Assembly (NCBI GenBank): GCA_021776735.1
Contig: JAJFFH010000028.1
Location: 40,240-104,239 of the forward strand
Source: Planctomycetota bacterium
Lineage (GTDB): Bacteria; Planctomycetota; PLA2
Direction: 5' to 3'
Length of the DNA stretch: 64,000 nt
Position 1 is the stretch's first letter; each line of letters opens with the position of its first letter. Below are positions 39,849-50,330 of the stretch, piece after piece. The position numbers and the translations under genes were made by a program. A model generated the notes under the pieces. The model was not told the origin of the DNA, made no database searches, and saw nothing but the letters and a program-made list of their open reading frames with translations.

Positions 39849-41741
39849 ATGCGGAACTTCATGCAAAACATCGCCGTCCGTGGGCTTTTTGTGGCAGCGT
39901 CTTTCGCCCTGCTCCTTTGGGCGTGCGGCGGTCCTGATCCTGCCCCGAAAAAAAAAGAATTGCCCCAGCGCGATGATCGGGCGGACGGTCCCGTGGAGAG
40001 CGGCGGTCCCTGGTTTGTGAACGAGGCGAAAAAGCGCGGGGTCGACCTCTTGAACCGTACCGGGAAGCCGGGCCGGAAGGAGTTCATTCTGGGGGCGGTG
40101 GGGCCCGGGGCCGCGGTGTTCGACGCCAACGGGGACGGTCGGCTCGACGTTTACATCCCAAACGGGAACTGGCTGGTCGGCGACCGTCGGACCGAGTTTT
40201 ACGGAGGTGACGACCGGCCACGCAACGCGCTCTACATTCAGCAGGCGGACGGGACCTTTCGCAACGAGGCGAAGGAGCGCGGGGTCGATGACGATGCGTG
40301 GGGGTTTGGTGCGGTGGCGGCCGACCTCGACGCGGACGGCGACCAGGATCTGGTCGTTTCGAACCTCGGTCCGAACCGGCTCTACATCAACGACGGAAAG
40401 GGCCGGTTTGCCGACGTAGCCGTCGCGGCGGGTGTGGCGGGGCCATCTGAGCGCGGGAAGTGGCAGTGGTCGACGGGCATTGCTGTTGCCGACTTCGATC
40501 GCGACGGGGTTCTCGACCTCTACATCGCCAACTACGCGGACATGTTCAAGTGGATGCGGGAATACGAGAAGATCAAGCGCGACGACCAGGGGCGGATCAT
40601 TCAGGCGCGCGTTTGTGACTGGCAGCGGCTCAAGGTGTACTGCGGCCCGCTCGGCCTGCCCGCGCAGCAAGATCACCTGTTTCGCGGCAAGGGCGGCGAA
40701 AACGCGGCGATTCGGTTCGAGGACGTCTCTCAACGAACCGGAATTCACCGGCCCGAGGACGATGGTGGACCGAAGTATGGATTCCAGGTCCTGTTCACGG
40801 ATGTCAACCTCGACGGCTGGCTCGACATCTATGTTGCGAACGATTCCGTCGAGTCGTTCCTGTTCGAGAGCCGCGGCGATGGCACGTTCGAGGAGCGCGG
40901 TGGCGCGTATGGGGTCGCGGTCGGGCGCAACGGCGACGATCAGGCGGGCATGGGGGCGACGACCGTCGATATGAACGGCGACGGCTACCCGGACCTGCTC
41001 AAGACCAACTTCAGTCTTCAGACCAACAACCTCTACCTGTCGGCCCGGCTGCCCGACGGCCGGATCGTGTACGGCGACTCGTCGGAGCGCACCGGCCTGC
41101 GAGCCGCGGTCTACACCGCGCTCGGGTGGGGGGTACTCTCGTTCGACTACGACAACGACGGCGACCGCGACATCTACTACGCGAACGGTCACGTCTACCC
41201 CGAGGTGGACACGCCCGCCGCCGCCGGACTCAACACGAGTTTCGAGCAGCTCAACATCCTGTTCCGCAACGACTCGACCGACACCAACGGCCGGCGGCGC
41301 CTCCGCTACAAGGAGCAGCGCGACGCGGGGCCGGGGCTATCTGTCCGCAAGTGCTCACGCGGCGCGTCGGTGATCGATTTTGACAACGATGGCGACCTCG
41401 ACATCGTCGTCATCAACCTGAACAACACGCCGGACCTCCTCGTGAACCACCGCGGGGCCCGGGAGGGCGCGTGGGTGAAGTTGCGGCTGACCGGCGATCC
41501 CCGAAAGAAAGTCAATATCGAGGGCATCGGCAGCCGCGTCACCGTGACCGCCGGCAACAAGTCACAGCTCTTCGAGACGCACCGCGGCGAGGGATTCCTG
41601 GGCTGCGGCGATCCGCGCGTCCATGTCGGACTCGGCCGGCACAAGGGCCCAATCGATGTCGAAGTGATCTGGCCGAACGGTCAAAAGCGAACCTACAAGA
41701 TCACCAATCTGCGCCAGACCGTAGAGCTCAAGTACGAGTAG
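39849..41741 (+). CDS. CRTAC1/ASPIC-UnbV family FG-GAP repeat lipoprotein
   Basis: Repeated DxNGDGxLD / DFDNDGDLD motifs; C-terminal RVHVGLG..VIWPNG; lipobox LWAC. Confidence 0.9.
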   Translation: MRNFMQNIAVRGLFVAASFALLLWACGGPDPAPKKKELPQRDDRADGPVESGGPWFVNEAKKRGVDLLNRTGKPGRKEFILGAVGPGAAVFDANGDGRLDVYIPNGNWLVGDRRTEFYGGDDRPRNALYIQQADGTFRNEAKERGVDDDAWGFGAVAADLDADGDQDLVVSNLGPNRLYINDGKGRFADVAVAAGVAGPSERGKWQWSTGIAVADFDRDGVLDLYIANYADMFKWMREYEKIKRDDQGRIIQARVCDWQRLKVYCGPLGLPAQQDHLFRGKGGENAAIRFEDVSQRTGIHRPEDDGGPKYGFQVLFTDVNLDGWLDIYVANDSVESFLFESRGDGTFEERGGAYGVAVGRNGDDQAGMGATTVDMNGDGYPDLLKTNFSLQTNNLYLSARLPDGRIVYGDSSERTGLRAAVYTALGWGVLSFDYDNDGDRDIYYANGHVYPEVDTPAAAGLNTSFEQLNILFRNDSTDTNGRRRLRYKEQRDAGPGLSVRKCSRGASVIDFDNDGDLDIVVINLNNTPDLLVNHRGAREGAWVKLRLTGDPRKKVNIEGIGSRVTVTAGNKSQLFETHRGEGFLGCGDPRVHVGLGRHKGPIDVEVIWPNGQKRTYKITNLRQTVELKYE

Positions 41742-41774
41742 CGAAATCCGCAAAGCGGATTTTCGTCGGGCGTT

Positions 41775-43007
41775 TCAGCGACACCGGGGTCTCCCCTGAT
41801 GGTCGTACTTCTGCTTCTGGTCGAAGTCGCGCTTCTTGGCTGCGAACAGGCGGTCGTAATAGAGCTCCTGCTTGTGATCCCCCAGGAGTTGCAGCAAACG
41901 GCGCAGGCGGTAGTACACCCCCGGGCATTCGGGCCGGTGATCCGCCTCGGTCTTGAGGGTCTGCACCATCTCCAGGAGGAGCGGGCGGTGGTTCGCCGCG
42001 TCCGCGGGCTGGACCTTTTCGAGGGCGAGGTCCGCGAGCAGCTTGGCGAGGAAGTAGCGATCCCGCTCCGGGAACTTCTTCATCGCCTCGCGGATGTAGC
42101 GCAGCGCGTCGTCCATGACGCGACCGTCGGGCGCGCGCATGGCGAGCTTGTAGCGCATCATGCAGCGCGCGGCGGTGACCTCGGGATGCGTCGTTTCCCG
42201 GCCCAGTTCATGCAGGATCTTGCGGCCCTCATCCATGCGTTCGAGGTTGAACAGGATCAGCGCGATCGATGCCGTTAGTTCCTCGGTGAGGGCACGATCG
42301 TCGTTGAGCTCGATGCACTTCTTGAGGTGCTTGATTGCATTGTCGTAGTTCGCGATCTGCTCGCAGGCGACGCCGAGCCGCCGTTCAAGCAGCGCACGAA
42401 TCGAGCGCGATCCCTGGAGCTTGTCGAGCCCCTGGTTCGCCTTCTGGAGCACCGGCAGCGACTTCGCGAATTCGCCGTTCGTCATCATGCGGCCGGCCAG
42501 GCGCAACGAGGCCTGGGCGAAGGCCATCTTGGCGTTGTCCGCGAGCTGCAGATCCTGATAGCGGGCCAACATTGGCCGCGGCGCTTTCATCACCCGACTC
42601 AGCGTGCGATAGGCCTGCTCGTCCCGGCTCTTGGCGCTCATGATCACGCCGCGCAGATACAGGTACATCGGATCGGTCATCCGCGTTCCCGCGCGTTTCG
42701 GCAGGTCGGACGCGATCCGCCCGGCCTGTTGCAACAACCCCATGCGCCGGTCCGGCTCGGTTTCCTCGACGGCGTCCTGAATGTGAGCTACAGCCTGAAA
42801 GGCATGGCCCCGCCAGTCGGTGGGCACGAGTTCACGCGCCCGCCGGAATATCTCGGCCGCCTCCGACCACTTTCGCGCGTTGAGCAGCTTGCGCCCCTGG
42901 CTCAGGAGTTGAACGTACTTGTCGGTCTTGCTGTCGCCCGCGTCCGCGGGGAACGCGCCGAGCAAGAGGGCCAAGAGGGAGATGGCGATGGAGAGAGGTC
43001 GAATCAC
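41775..43007 (-). CDS. Secreted TPR-repeat protein
   Basis: GTGA overlap with the upstream gene; signal peptide ending ADA; TPR-like helices (AIKHLKKCIELN). Confidence 0.75.
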   Translation of the reverse strand: MIRPLSIAISLLALLLGAFPADAGDSKTDKYVQLLSQGRKLLNARKWSEAAEIFRRARELVPTDWRGHAFQAVAHIQDAVEETEPDRRMGLLQQAGRIASDLPKRAGTRMTDPMYLYLRGVIMSAKSRDEQAYRTLSRVMKAPRPMLARYQDLQLADNAKMAFAQASLRLAGRMMTNGEFAKSLPVLQKANQGLDKLQGSRSIRALLERRLGVACEQIANYDNAIKHLKKCIELNDDRALTEELTASIALILFNLERMDEGRKILHELGRETTHPEVTAARCMMRYKLAMRAPDGRVMDDALRYIREAMKKFPERDRYFLAKLLADLALEKVQPADAANHRPLLLEMVQTLKTEADHRPECPGVYYRLRRLLQLLGDHKQELYYDRLFAAKKRDFDQKQKYDHQGRPRCR

Positions 43008-44272
43008 GGTGCGATGTTGGTGAGTTGGATCACGCGCAAGCCGCCCCGGTCGCCGGCGCAGACCAGGAGAAACTGCCCGCGTACGGTGGAGTGGAAAACG
43101 AGGCTGCGGACGACGAACGTGCCGGGAAAGCTGAAGGCGTTGGCCCGCTGGAACTGACCGCCGAATCCGGAAAAGAGCTGGGCGGCGTCGCCAACCGCGG
43201 CGGCAATCGTCTGGCCGCTTGCGGCGATGCCGATCGTGTCCTCGCCCGTGTTCTCGATCTCGTTCAGCAGCGTGGGGCCGACCGGGTTGGTGACCGCGAA
43301 GACGAAGATGGAGTCCTCCCCGGTCACATAGAGGGAGAGACCGTCCAGGGTCAAGTCGAGCGGCATGTTGCCCGGCCCGACCACGACCTGCTCGAGGAGC
43401 CGATCGAACTGACCGCTGATCGGAAGCGAGACCGGCGGCGCGGGGACGAAGTCGGGATGGCCGAGAGCCACCACGGCGAAGCCGCCCGTCGTTGTCTCGA
43501 CGGACACGTAGATCGCGATCTGCTGGTTCACGACGACGTTGATCGTGTCGGCTGTCGTCGCGGTCAGGGGGAGAGCGGCGGCTCGCGCGCTCCATTCCGC
43601 CGCGACCGGATCGATGTCGGCGGCAAACAGCGTCGGACCGCCGCCAGCGACGAAAAAGACGAGGTTGGCGCCGGACACGCCGCCGCCATTGCCGCGGGCG
43701 TTGCCGGGCGCGGGAATAGCGGAGCCGGCCGCGGGCGGAATGAAGGCGCGTGACACGTCGGCCGTGGTGCTGACCGCGTCCTCGATCAGGATGTCGATGT
43801 CGAAGACCGTGACCGCGTTGACCGCACCGCTGCCGATGGCGACGCAGACGAGGAAACGGTTGTCGACGACCGTCACGGCATCGACCCGCCCGCCGGCGAT
43901 CGCCGCCGGAGCGGTGAGCACGCCAGCGTCGAGCGTCGTGATGACGTCGGTTTGCGTCAGGAGTTCGGGGCTGGAGACATCGACGACATGGACGCCGCTG
44001 GTCCCGGCCGCCAAGAAGGCGATGGTGCGATCGTCGGCGAGTTGGGCCAGGGCGATGTTTTTGACATCGCCGTCCACGCCCTGGCTGCCCGCGACGGCTG
44101 CGACCTCGCCCGCAACGAAGTTGTCTCCGCCTCCGCCTCCGCCGCCTCCGCCCCCTCCCTCGAACGCCTCGGGCGGAAAGGCCGAGAAGAGATCCCCGAT
44201 GTTGCCGCCCCCGCATCCGAGTGCGAACGCGACGACGAGGGTCGGAAGGAGGATCGGCAGATGACGCTTCAT
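43004..44272 (-). CDS. LVIVD-like beta-propeller lipoprotein with poly-Gly linker
   Basis: Lipobox ALGC; AFLAAGTSGVHVVDVSSP; VCAGDRGGLRVIQL. Confidence 0.75.
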   Translation of the reverse strand: MKRHLPILLPTLVVAFALGCGGGNIGDLFSAFPPEAFEGGGGGGGGGGGDNFVAGEVAAVAGSQGVDGDVKNIALAQLADDRTIAFLAAGTSGVHVVDVSSPELLTQTDVITTLDAGVLTAPAAIAGGRVDAVTVVDNRFLVCVAIGSGAVNAVTVFDIDILIEDAVSTTADVSRAFIPPAAGSAIPAPGNARGNGGGVSGANLVFFVAGGGPTLFAADIDPVAAEWSARAAALPLTATTADTINVVVNQQIAIYVSVETTTGGFAVVALGHPDFVPAPPVSLPISGQFDRLLEQVVVGPGNMPLDLTLDGLSLYVTGEDSIFVFAVTNPVGPTLLNEIENTGEDTIGIAASGQTIAAAVGDAAQLFSGFGGQFQRANAFSFPGTFVVRSLVFHSTVRGQFLLVCAGDRGGLRVIQLTNIAP

Positions 44273-44373
44273 GTGGATTCGACGATCATTCTAGCGTCAC
44301 CCTTCCCCCTTGGCGGCTCCTTGCCTTTTTGGTCGCGTGGGCTACCTTCTGTGATCGCGGCTTGTATCTCGTC

Positions 44374-44451
44374 GGTGGGTGTAGCTCAGTTGGTTAGAGC
44401 ACCAGATTGTGGTTCTGGGGGTCGCCGGTTCAAATCCGGTCACTCACCCCA
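44374..44451 (+). tRNA. tRNA-His(GTG)
   Basis: G-1, acceptor GTGGGTG/CACTCAC, anticodon GTG, T-loop GGTTCAAATCC, C discriminator, CCA. Confidence 0.96.
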
Positions 44452-44488
44452 AGCGGAATCCGGTTCTGCCGGATTCCGCTCTCTTTTT
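44452..44488 (+). terminator. Intrinsic terminator after tRNA-His
   Basis: AGCGGAATCCGG-TTCTG-CCGGATTCCGCT followed by CTCTTTTT. Confidence 0.85.
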
Positions 44489-44529
44489 GGCTCAGTCTGA
44501 GCACGCTTGAACGAACCAAAAGGACAGCT

Positions 44530-45009
44530 TTACGACGGCGATACACCCTCGTCCTCGGAGGCATCGCCGTCCGTCTGCTCCCTTGCGGCGTGCTCCCCGC
44601 TCTCGGACTCGCCTGTGTCAGAATCTCCGGCTTCATCGACTTCGGAGTCCTCACTGGCTCGCCGTTCGTCGGAAATCTGACCCAGGATTTCGTGAATCCG
44701 GGCGGCGCCGGCCACTGACTCGTCGAAGTGAAACACGAGATGCGGTGTCGTGCGCGTCTGGGTCGATCCGGCGACGGCCGCCTGGAGGAGACCGCGTGCG
44801 TCCTCGAGCGCGTGCGCGGCCTTGCTGCGGTCCGCCGGCGTCCCGATCATCGACCAGTTGACTCGGGCGATGGCGAGATCGCGGCTCAGGCGGATGCGCG
44901 TCACCGTGATCATCTGGAGACGCGGATCGGCCAGGCGCTGCGAGACGAGCGGCGCGATCGCCTGGTAGATGGCTTTTTCGAGGCGCTTGATGCGGCGTGC
45001 GTCGGCCAT
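44530..45009 (-). CDS. rbfA: Ribosome-binding factor A with acidic C-terminal tail
   Basis: DPRLQMITVTRIRLSRDLAIA..TPHLVFHFD; position after infB. Confidence 0.93.
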   Translation of the reverse strand: MADARRIKRLEKAIYQAIAPLVSQRLADPRLQMITVTRIRLSRDLAIARVNWSMIGTPADRSKAAHALEDARGLLQAAVAGSTQTRTTPHLVFHFDESVAGAARIHEILGQISDERRASEDSEVDEAGDSDTGESESGEHAAREQTDGDASEDEGVSPS

Positions 45010-45291
45010 TTACAAAATCTCCAACTGGTGGTCGATGACGCGGGCGACGGGGTGCAGTTTCAGGTGGTTCAGGACTTGCTGGAGCTGGCCCCGCACATAG
45101 TCGGCGTCGCCGCTCACGGCCGCGAAGCCGAGGCCCGCGCGCTGCCACTTGTCGAGGTCGCCGACCTCGGCAGCACTCACGTTGAAACCGGCACGGACCC
45201 GCGCGAGGACGGATCGGACCGTCTGGCGCTTCTCCTTGAGCGATCGCGCCTTGTCGATCGCGAGGTCCACCTGGAGTACGCCGACGTGCAC
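45010..45291 (-). CDS. DUF503 (YlxP-like) protein
   Basis: SLKEKR...FNVSAAEVGDLDKWQRAGLG; located between infB and rbfA. Confidence 0.9.
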   Translation of the reverse strand: MHVGVLQVDLAIDKARSLKEKRQTVRSVLARVRAGFNVSAAEVGDLDKWQRAGLGFAAVSGDADYVRGQLQQVLNHLKLHPVARVIDHQLEIL

Positions 45292-45344
45292 GATTCCGTT
45301 CGCTTGGGCCGCTGGGCCCTCAAGTACGTGCTTGCGGGAGCCCA

Positions 45345-47537
45345 CTACAGGGTCCGCTTGCGCTCCTCAAGGATGTAGAACTCGAGGATATCGCCCTCCT
45401 TGATGTCTCCGTAACTGGCGATCATGACGCCGCACTCGAAGCCCTCCTTGACTTCCTTTGCGTCGTCCTTGAAGCGGCGCAGGGACTCCAGTTCACCGTT
45501 GTCGATGATGACCCGGCTGTCGCGAATCAGGCGCACGTGTGCGTCCTTGCGCGCCATCCCGTCCGTCACCATGCCGCCACCGATGTTGCGCTTCTTGTGC
45601 TTGAAGAGCGTGCGGATCTCGAAGTGGCCGATGACGACCTCTTCGGTGTCGCTCGGAAGCATGCCCTCGGCCAGCAGGGTCATGTCCTCGAGGAGCTTGT
45701 AGATGATCTGGTAGGTGCGGATTTCAACGCGGGCTTCGTCCGCGACCGCGCGCGCCTTGGCGCCGGCGACAACGTGGAACCCGAGCACGACCGCTTCGGA
45801 CGCCTGGGCGAGCAGCACGTCCGACTCGGTGATGCCGCCCACGCCCGCGTGGAGCAGCTTGACCCGGACCTCTTCGTTGCCGATCTCGTCGAGCTTGGCG
45901 CGGAGCGCCTCGATCGAGCCCTTCACGTCGGCCTTCAGGACGACACGAAGTTCCCGCATGTCGGTCTCGCCGATCCGGTGCATGAGCCGCTCGAACGATG
46001 TGCTCTGCTTGCTGGCGATTTCCTTTTCGCGCTGGCGGTGCGATCGGTCGGCGGCGACCTTTTTCGCGAGACCCTTGTCGAGGATGACCTGGAAACGCCC
46101 ACCTGCTTCGGGCACCACGTCGAGGCCGGTGACCTCGACCGGTGTCGCCGGCGGGGCCGTATCGACACGCTTGCCGGTATGGTCCGTGAGCGACTTGATC
46201 TTGCCCTGGCACGCGCCGCTCAAGAGGAAGTCGCCCTTCTTGAGCGTGCCGTCTTTGACAAGCATCGTGGCCACCACGCCTCGGCCGGTCTGCTTGCGCG
46301 CTTCGACTACGAAGCCCTCGGCGGGACGGTCGGGTGTCGCCTTCAGGTCGAGCAGTTCCGCCTCCAGCGCGATACGCTCGAGCAGGTCGTCGATGCCCAT
46401 TCCGGTGATGGCGGAGATCGGGATCATCGCCGTCGTGCCGCCCCATTCCTCGGGAGCGAGATCGGCGGTGGCGAGCTGGTGTTTGACTCTCTCCGGATCC
46501 GAATTCGGCCGGTCGCACTTGTTGATCGCAACGACGATGGGGCAGCCCGCCGCCTTCGCGTGAGCCAGTGCTTCCAAGGTCTGGGGCATGACGCCGTCCT
46601 CGACGGCGACAATCAGGATCACGATGTCCGTGAGTTGCGCGCCGCGCGCGCGCATGGCCGTGAACGCCTCATGGCCCGGGGTGTCGAGGAAGGTGATCTT
46701 GCGCTTGCTCTTCTTTCCGCCCAAGGTCACCTGGTAGGCGCCGATGTGCTGCGTGATGCCGCCGGCTTCGCCGGCTGCAACGCGCGCCTTGCGGATGTAG
46801 TCGAGCAGCGACGTCTTGCCGTGGTCCACGTGGCCCAGCACCGCGACGACCGGCGGACGCGAGGACTTGTTGGACTCGTCGACCTCGTCGTGCGTATCCA
46901 GGAGTTCGTCGAGCTTGTCCTCGATGGTCAGCGCGGCCTCGATCTCGACCGTGCGGTTGAACGCCTCCGCGAGCACCAGCACCATCTCTTCGTCGAGACT
47001 GGTGTTGGGGTTCGTCATGACCCCTTCCCGCATCAGGTGAAGCTGAAGCCGGCTCGTCTTGACTCCGATTTCCTGGCTGAACTCCTTCAGGGAGAGGGGC
47101 ACAGTGATCGGAATCGTCCGGTTGGTAAGGAGTTCTTCGGCGCGCAGCTTGTCGTCACGAGACTTCTGACGGGCCTCTTTTTGGCGGAAGATCTTGATGC
47201 CGCGCCGCTGGGGCTGGCGTTGCTGCCCGCCCGGATACCGCCGCTGGCCGGGAGCACCGGGACCGCTGGGGCGCGCACCGGGCCGCGAGACCGGATGGAT
47301 GGGCCGTGCCGGAGCGGGAACGACGGGCGGCGGGAGCTTGAGTTCGCTCATGCCCGGGGCGGGCTTGGCCGCGATCTCCAGACGACCGGTCGCGACCTGG
47401 CGCGCCTTCTCCGTCTCCGAGTCGTCCATGACGGACATGACGGAGGGGATTTTCATGCCGCGGTTGCCCAGCAACGTGAGCAGCTCGCTGCTCGCGACAT
47501 CGAGTTCAGACGCGAGGTGATAGAGCCGGATTGCCAT
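45345..47537 (-). CDS. infB: Translation initiation factor IF-2
   Basis: [39 protein letters not shown]. Confidence 0.98.
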   Translation of the reverse strand: MAIRLYHLASELDVASSELLTLLGNRGMKIPSVMSVMDDSETEKARQVATGRLEIAAKPAPGMSELKLPPPVVPAPARPIHPVSRPGARPSGPGAPGQRRYPGGQQRQPQRRGIKIFRQKEARQKSRDDKLRAEELLTNRTIPITVPLSLKEFSQEIGVKTSRLQLHLMREGVMTNPNTSLDEEMVLVLAEAFNRTVEIEAALTIEDKLDELLDTHDEVDESNKSSRPPVVAVLGHVDHGKTSLLDYIRKARVAAGEAGGITQHIGAYQVTLGGKKSKRKITFLDTPGHEAFTAMRARGAQLTDIVILIVAVEDGVMPQTLEALAHAKAAGCPIVVAINKCDRPNSDPERVKHQLATADLAPEEWGGTTAMIPISAITGMGIDDLLERIALEAELLDLKATPDRPAEGFVVEARKQTGRGVVATMLVKDGTLKKGDFLLSGACQGKIKSLTDHTGKRVDTAPPATPVEVTGLDVVPEAGGRFQVILDKGLAKKVAADRSHRQREKEIASKQSTSFERLMHRIGETDMRELRVVLKADVKGSIEALRAKLDEIGNEEVRVKLLHAGVGGITESDVLLAQASEAVVLGFHVVAGAKARAVADEARVEIRTYQIIYKLLEDMTLLAEGMLPSDTEEVVIGHFEIRTLFKHKKRNIGGGMVTDGMARKDAHVRLIRDSRVIIDNGELESLRRFKDDAKEVKEGFECGVMIASYGDIKEGDILEFYILEERKRTL

Positions 47538-47596
47538 GTTCGTTTTCTGTTCCGTTCCTTCTGAGGTCCTGTGCTGGAATCCCTGCGGGTTGTCCG

Positions 47597-48679
47597 CTAG
47601 CGGGGCTTGTCGCGAGCCTCCGGGTCATCCGTGAAGTCCTGCGCACCCGTGAGGCCCGCGCCACCGAGCTCCATGTCGTCGTCAAAGCGGCCGATGCGGT
47701 CCGGGGACTCCTCGAGTTCCCCGCCGTCGGTCTCGGCTTCCTCGTCCGTCAGGATGCTGATGTCCCACTTGCAGAGCTTGGCCGCCAGACGCACGTTCTG
47801 GCCGCGGCGGCCGATTGCGAGCGAGAGCTGGTCGTCCTCGACCACGACCTTCGCGCGCATGTTTTCCGAGTCGAGTGTGATCCAGCGAACCTGGGCGGGC
47901 TTGAGGGCGTTGCCGATGAAATCCTCGGTGCTGTCGCTCCAGCGGATCACATCGACCTTCTCGCCCTTGAGCTCGTCGAGAACGTTCTTGATTCGCGTGC
48001 CACGCACGCCGACACAGGCTCCGATCGCGTCGATCTTGCCGTCCATCGACTGCACGGCCATCTTGGTCTTGTAGCCTGCCTCGCGCACGAGGCCGCGCAC
48101 TTCGATGAATCGCTCCGCCAGCTCCGGAACCTCGAGTTCGAACAGCTTCTGCACGAAGTCGGGGTGGGTCCGGCTCAAGATGATCTTCACCTTTTGGCCG
48201 GCCTTCTTGACCTCTTGGACAAAGCCGCGCACGCGGTCGCCGATCCGGTAGTCCTCGCCGCGCATCTGTTCGGACTTGGGAAGGATCGCTTCGGTGCGGC
48301 CGAGGTTGACGATAATCGTGCCGCCCTCGAAACGCTGCACCGTACCGGTCAGGATCTGGCCGAGATGATGGTCGTACTCGTCGTAGATCACATCGCGCTC
48401 GGCCTCCCGAATGCGCTGGATGATCACCTGCTTCGCCGTCTGTGCCGCAATGCGGCCCAGATCAAGCGGGACCGTGACCTGACCGTCCGGGGTTTCCTCG
48501 TAGCAGCGAATACCGCCGGTTGTCCTGTCGATCTGGACGTTCAGATCCCCGGTGGTCCCGTACTGCTTGCGCGCGGCCGTCAACAGGGCCTGCTCGATCC
48601 CGTCGAACAGGGCCTCCTTGTCGATGTCCTTTTCGCGGTGGATCATGTCAACGATCCGAAGCAGTTCGGCACCCTCCAT
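47597..48679 (-). CDS. nusA: Transcription termination/antitermination factor NusA
   Basis: AAGGAG RBS; GRIAAQTAKQV, GACVGVRGTRI, SLAIGRRGQNVRLA. Confidence 0.97.
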   Translation of the reverse strand: MEGAELLRIVDMIHREKDIDKEALFDGIEQALLTAARKQYGTTGDLNVQIDRTTGGIRCYEETPDGQVTVPLDLGRIAAQTAKQVIIQRIREAERDVIYDEYDHHLGQILTGTVQRFEGGTIIVNLGRTEAILPKSEQMRGEDYRIGDRVRGFVQEVKKAGQKVKIILSRTHPDFVQKLFELEVPELAERFIEVRGLVREAGYKTKMAVQSMDGKIDAIGACVGVRGTRIKNVLDELKGEKVDVIRWSDSTEDFIGNALKPAQVRWITLDSENMRAKVVVEDDQLSLAIGRRGQNVRLAAKLCKWDISILTDEEAETDGGELEESPDRIGRFDDDMELGGAGLTGAQDFTDDPEARDKPR

Positions 48680-48700
48680 CGGGACTCCTTTGGTTTTTTC

Positions 48701-48731
48701 AAAAAAAGAAGTGGGCCGCGGTGCCCACCTC
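48701..48731 (-). promoter_or_regulatory. Terminator-type leader of the nusA-infB operon (rimP-leader-like)
   Basis: Minus strand GAGGTGGG-CACCGCGG-CCCACTTC-TTTTTTT about 20 nt before the nusA start. Confidence 0.75.
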
Positions 48732-49003
48732 GAAGCTGCCAGGCTGCGCTCGCCGGCCAACACGCCATCTGTGCTTCCCGATGGGAGCACCCCCGAGCAT
48801 GACAACCCCACGGGGGGCCGAAATGCGAAGGGCTACGGTGTGAAGGCAGTCTCGCGCGAGGCTACATGCTATTCGGGATCGCGTTTCTGTCAAAGGCCGG
48901 CTGGCCCGCAATTCGTATCACGCCCTGGGAGTCGCCGCGCTGCGGTATCGCGTCCGAGGCGACGGAACTCGTTTTTTCCCAGTAGTTTGTGACCGATTCC
49001 GCC

Positions 49004-50317
49004 ATGCCTCCTCCTCAAAAGCAGCAGGAGAACCGTGCCAAAACTGCACGATATCGTGCGGATTCTTGGGCGGCTGCCCCGGGTCGGGTCGTCGGGGCGG
49101 TCGGTATCGGGCTACTCGTGCTCGGCATCGGCACTTACTGGGGCACGATGACTCTCCAACGTGAGCTTGTCGAGGATGCACTGGCCGAACAGGGCCGGGC
49201 CGTGGAGGACCACATTGAGGCCCTCATCGAGCGCTACTCGGTCAAGTCCGAGTCACTCGCGGATCTCGGCTCCCGACTGGTTCGGGCGGCCGAAGTTCAT
49301 CCCGCCATTCGCGATCTGGTCATCGCGGACGACGCCCGCCGGATCGTGGCGCGCTATCCCCGGGACGCCGGCCGGCTCCCGTGCCTCCCCGTCCGACCCG
49401 CCGGCGCGGCCGTTCGTCATGAGCACTCGGCGGGCGAGTTGGAGACCGCACCGGTCGCCTGCACGATGCTGCCCGTCAAGCTGGCTGACGATTCCTCCGG
49501 AGTCGTCTTGTTCCACGCCGTCCGGGACTGGCGGATGGAGGGCGCACGAGCCCAGCGCTGGCTCATGGCCACGACCCGCCGACTCGCGCCGCTGTTCGCG
49601 GCGTTTTACCTCCTGCTCGCCGGGCTTTTGTTTTGCGCGGCGCGTGCAGCCCAGCGCTGGCGTCGCCGCGCCGAGTCGGCCGGGCGCGTCCAGGCTCTCG
49701 GTGCACTGGCGGCCGGGATCAACCACGAGATCAAGAACCCCCTCAACACCGTGGGGCTTTCCCTTCAATACCTCGCTCGGCGTCATGATGACCCCGAGAC
49801 CCGCGAGGTTGTTGCCTCCGCCGAGCGGGAGGCCATTCGTATCGGCGAAACGCTCGACGAGTTCGTACGTTTTACCCGCGTGTCTCGGCTCGACACGCGG
49901 GAAGTCTCGCTGCGCGAACAGGTCGCGGCGTGCAACGGCCGCGAGGCTGCCGGAGGCGATGGTCCGGTATCCATTGATGGCGATGCGCGCGTTCGTATCG
50001 ACGTGGACAAGATGCGCGACGCGCTCGCAGCAATCCTTGGCCCGATCTGGTCCGGACCGGTTGAGGTCACGCTGACCGGTCGGCGCGACCGCTGGACCGT
50101 GGTCGTGCGAGGGCGTCCGAGCGACCCGGAACTTGCCGTGGATCGGCTGTTCGATCCGTACGTGCGGCCCCGTCCGCGCGACATCGGCCGCGGACTGGCG
50201 CTTGCGCGCGCCGTATTTCAGGCGCACGGCGGCGATCTCGATGGCCGCCTCAAGGGCGAGTGGCTGGTGTTGAAGGGAGAAGCCCTCAAGACCCCCGTGT
50301 CTTCAGAATCCCAGTGA
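49004..50317 (+). CDS. Membrane sensor histidine kinase with degenerate ATP-binding domain
   Basis: Two TM segments; H-box NHEIKNPLN; F-box LFDPY and G2 GRGLA present; N and G1 boxes not recognisable. Confidence 0.85.
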   Translation: MPPPQKQQENRAKTARYRADSWAAAPGRVVGAVGIGLLVLGIGTYWGTMTLQRELVEDALAEQGRAVEDHIEALIERYSVKSESLADLGSRLVRAAEVHPAIRDLVIADDARRIVARYPRDAGRLPCLPVRPAGAAVRHEHSAGELETAPVACTMLPVKLADDSSGVVLFHAVRDWRMEGARAQRWLMATTRRLAPLFAAFYLLLAGLLFCAARAAQRWRRRAESAGRVQALGALAAGINHEIKNPLNTVGLSLQYLARRHDDPETREVVASAEREAIRIGETLDEFVRFTRVSRLDTREVSLREQVAACNGREAAGGDGPVSIDGDARVRIDVDKMRDALAAILGPIWSGPVEVTLTGRRDRWTVVVRGRPSDPELAVDRLFDPYVRPRPRDIGRGLALARAVFQAHGGDLDGRLKGEWLVLKGEALKTPVSSESQ

Positions 50318-50330
50318 GAGAGAAACAACA

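Noticed and set aside
44125-44160. Poly-Gly coding run (CCGCCT-like repeat)
   Set aside because: Imperfect with mixed codons; an ordinary lipoprotein tether.
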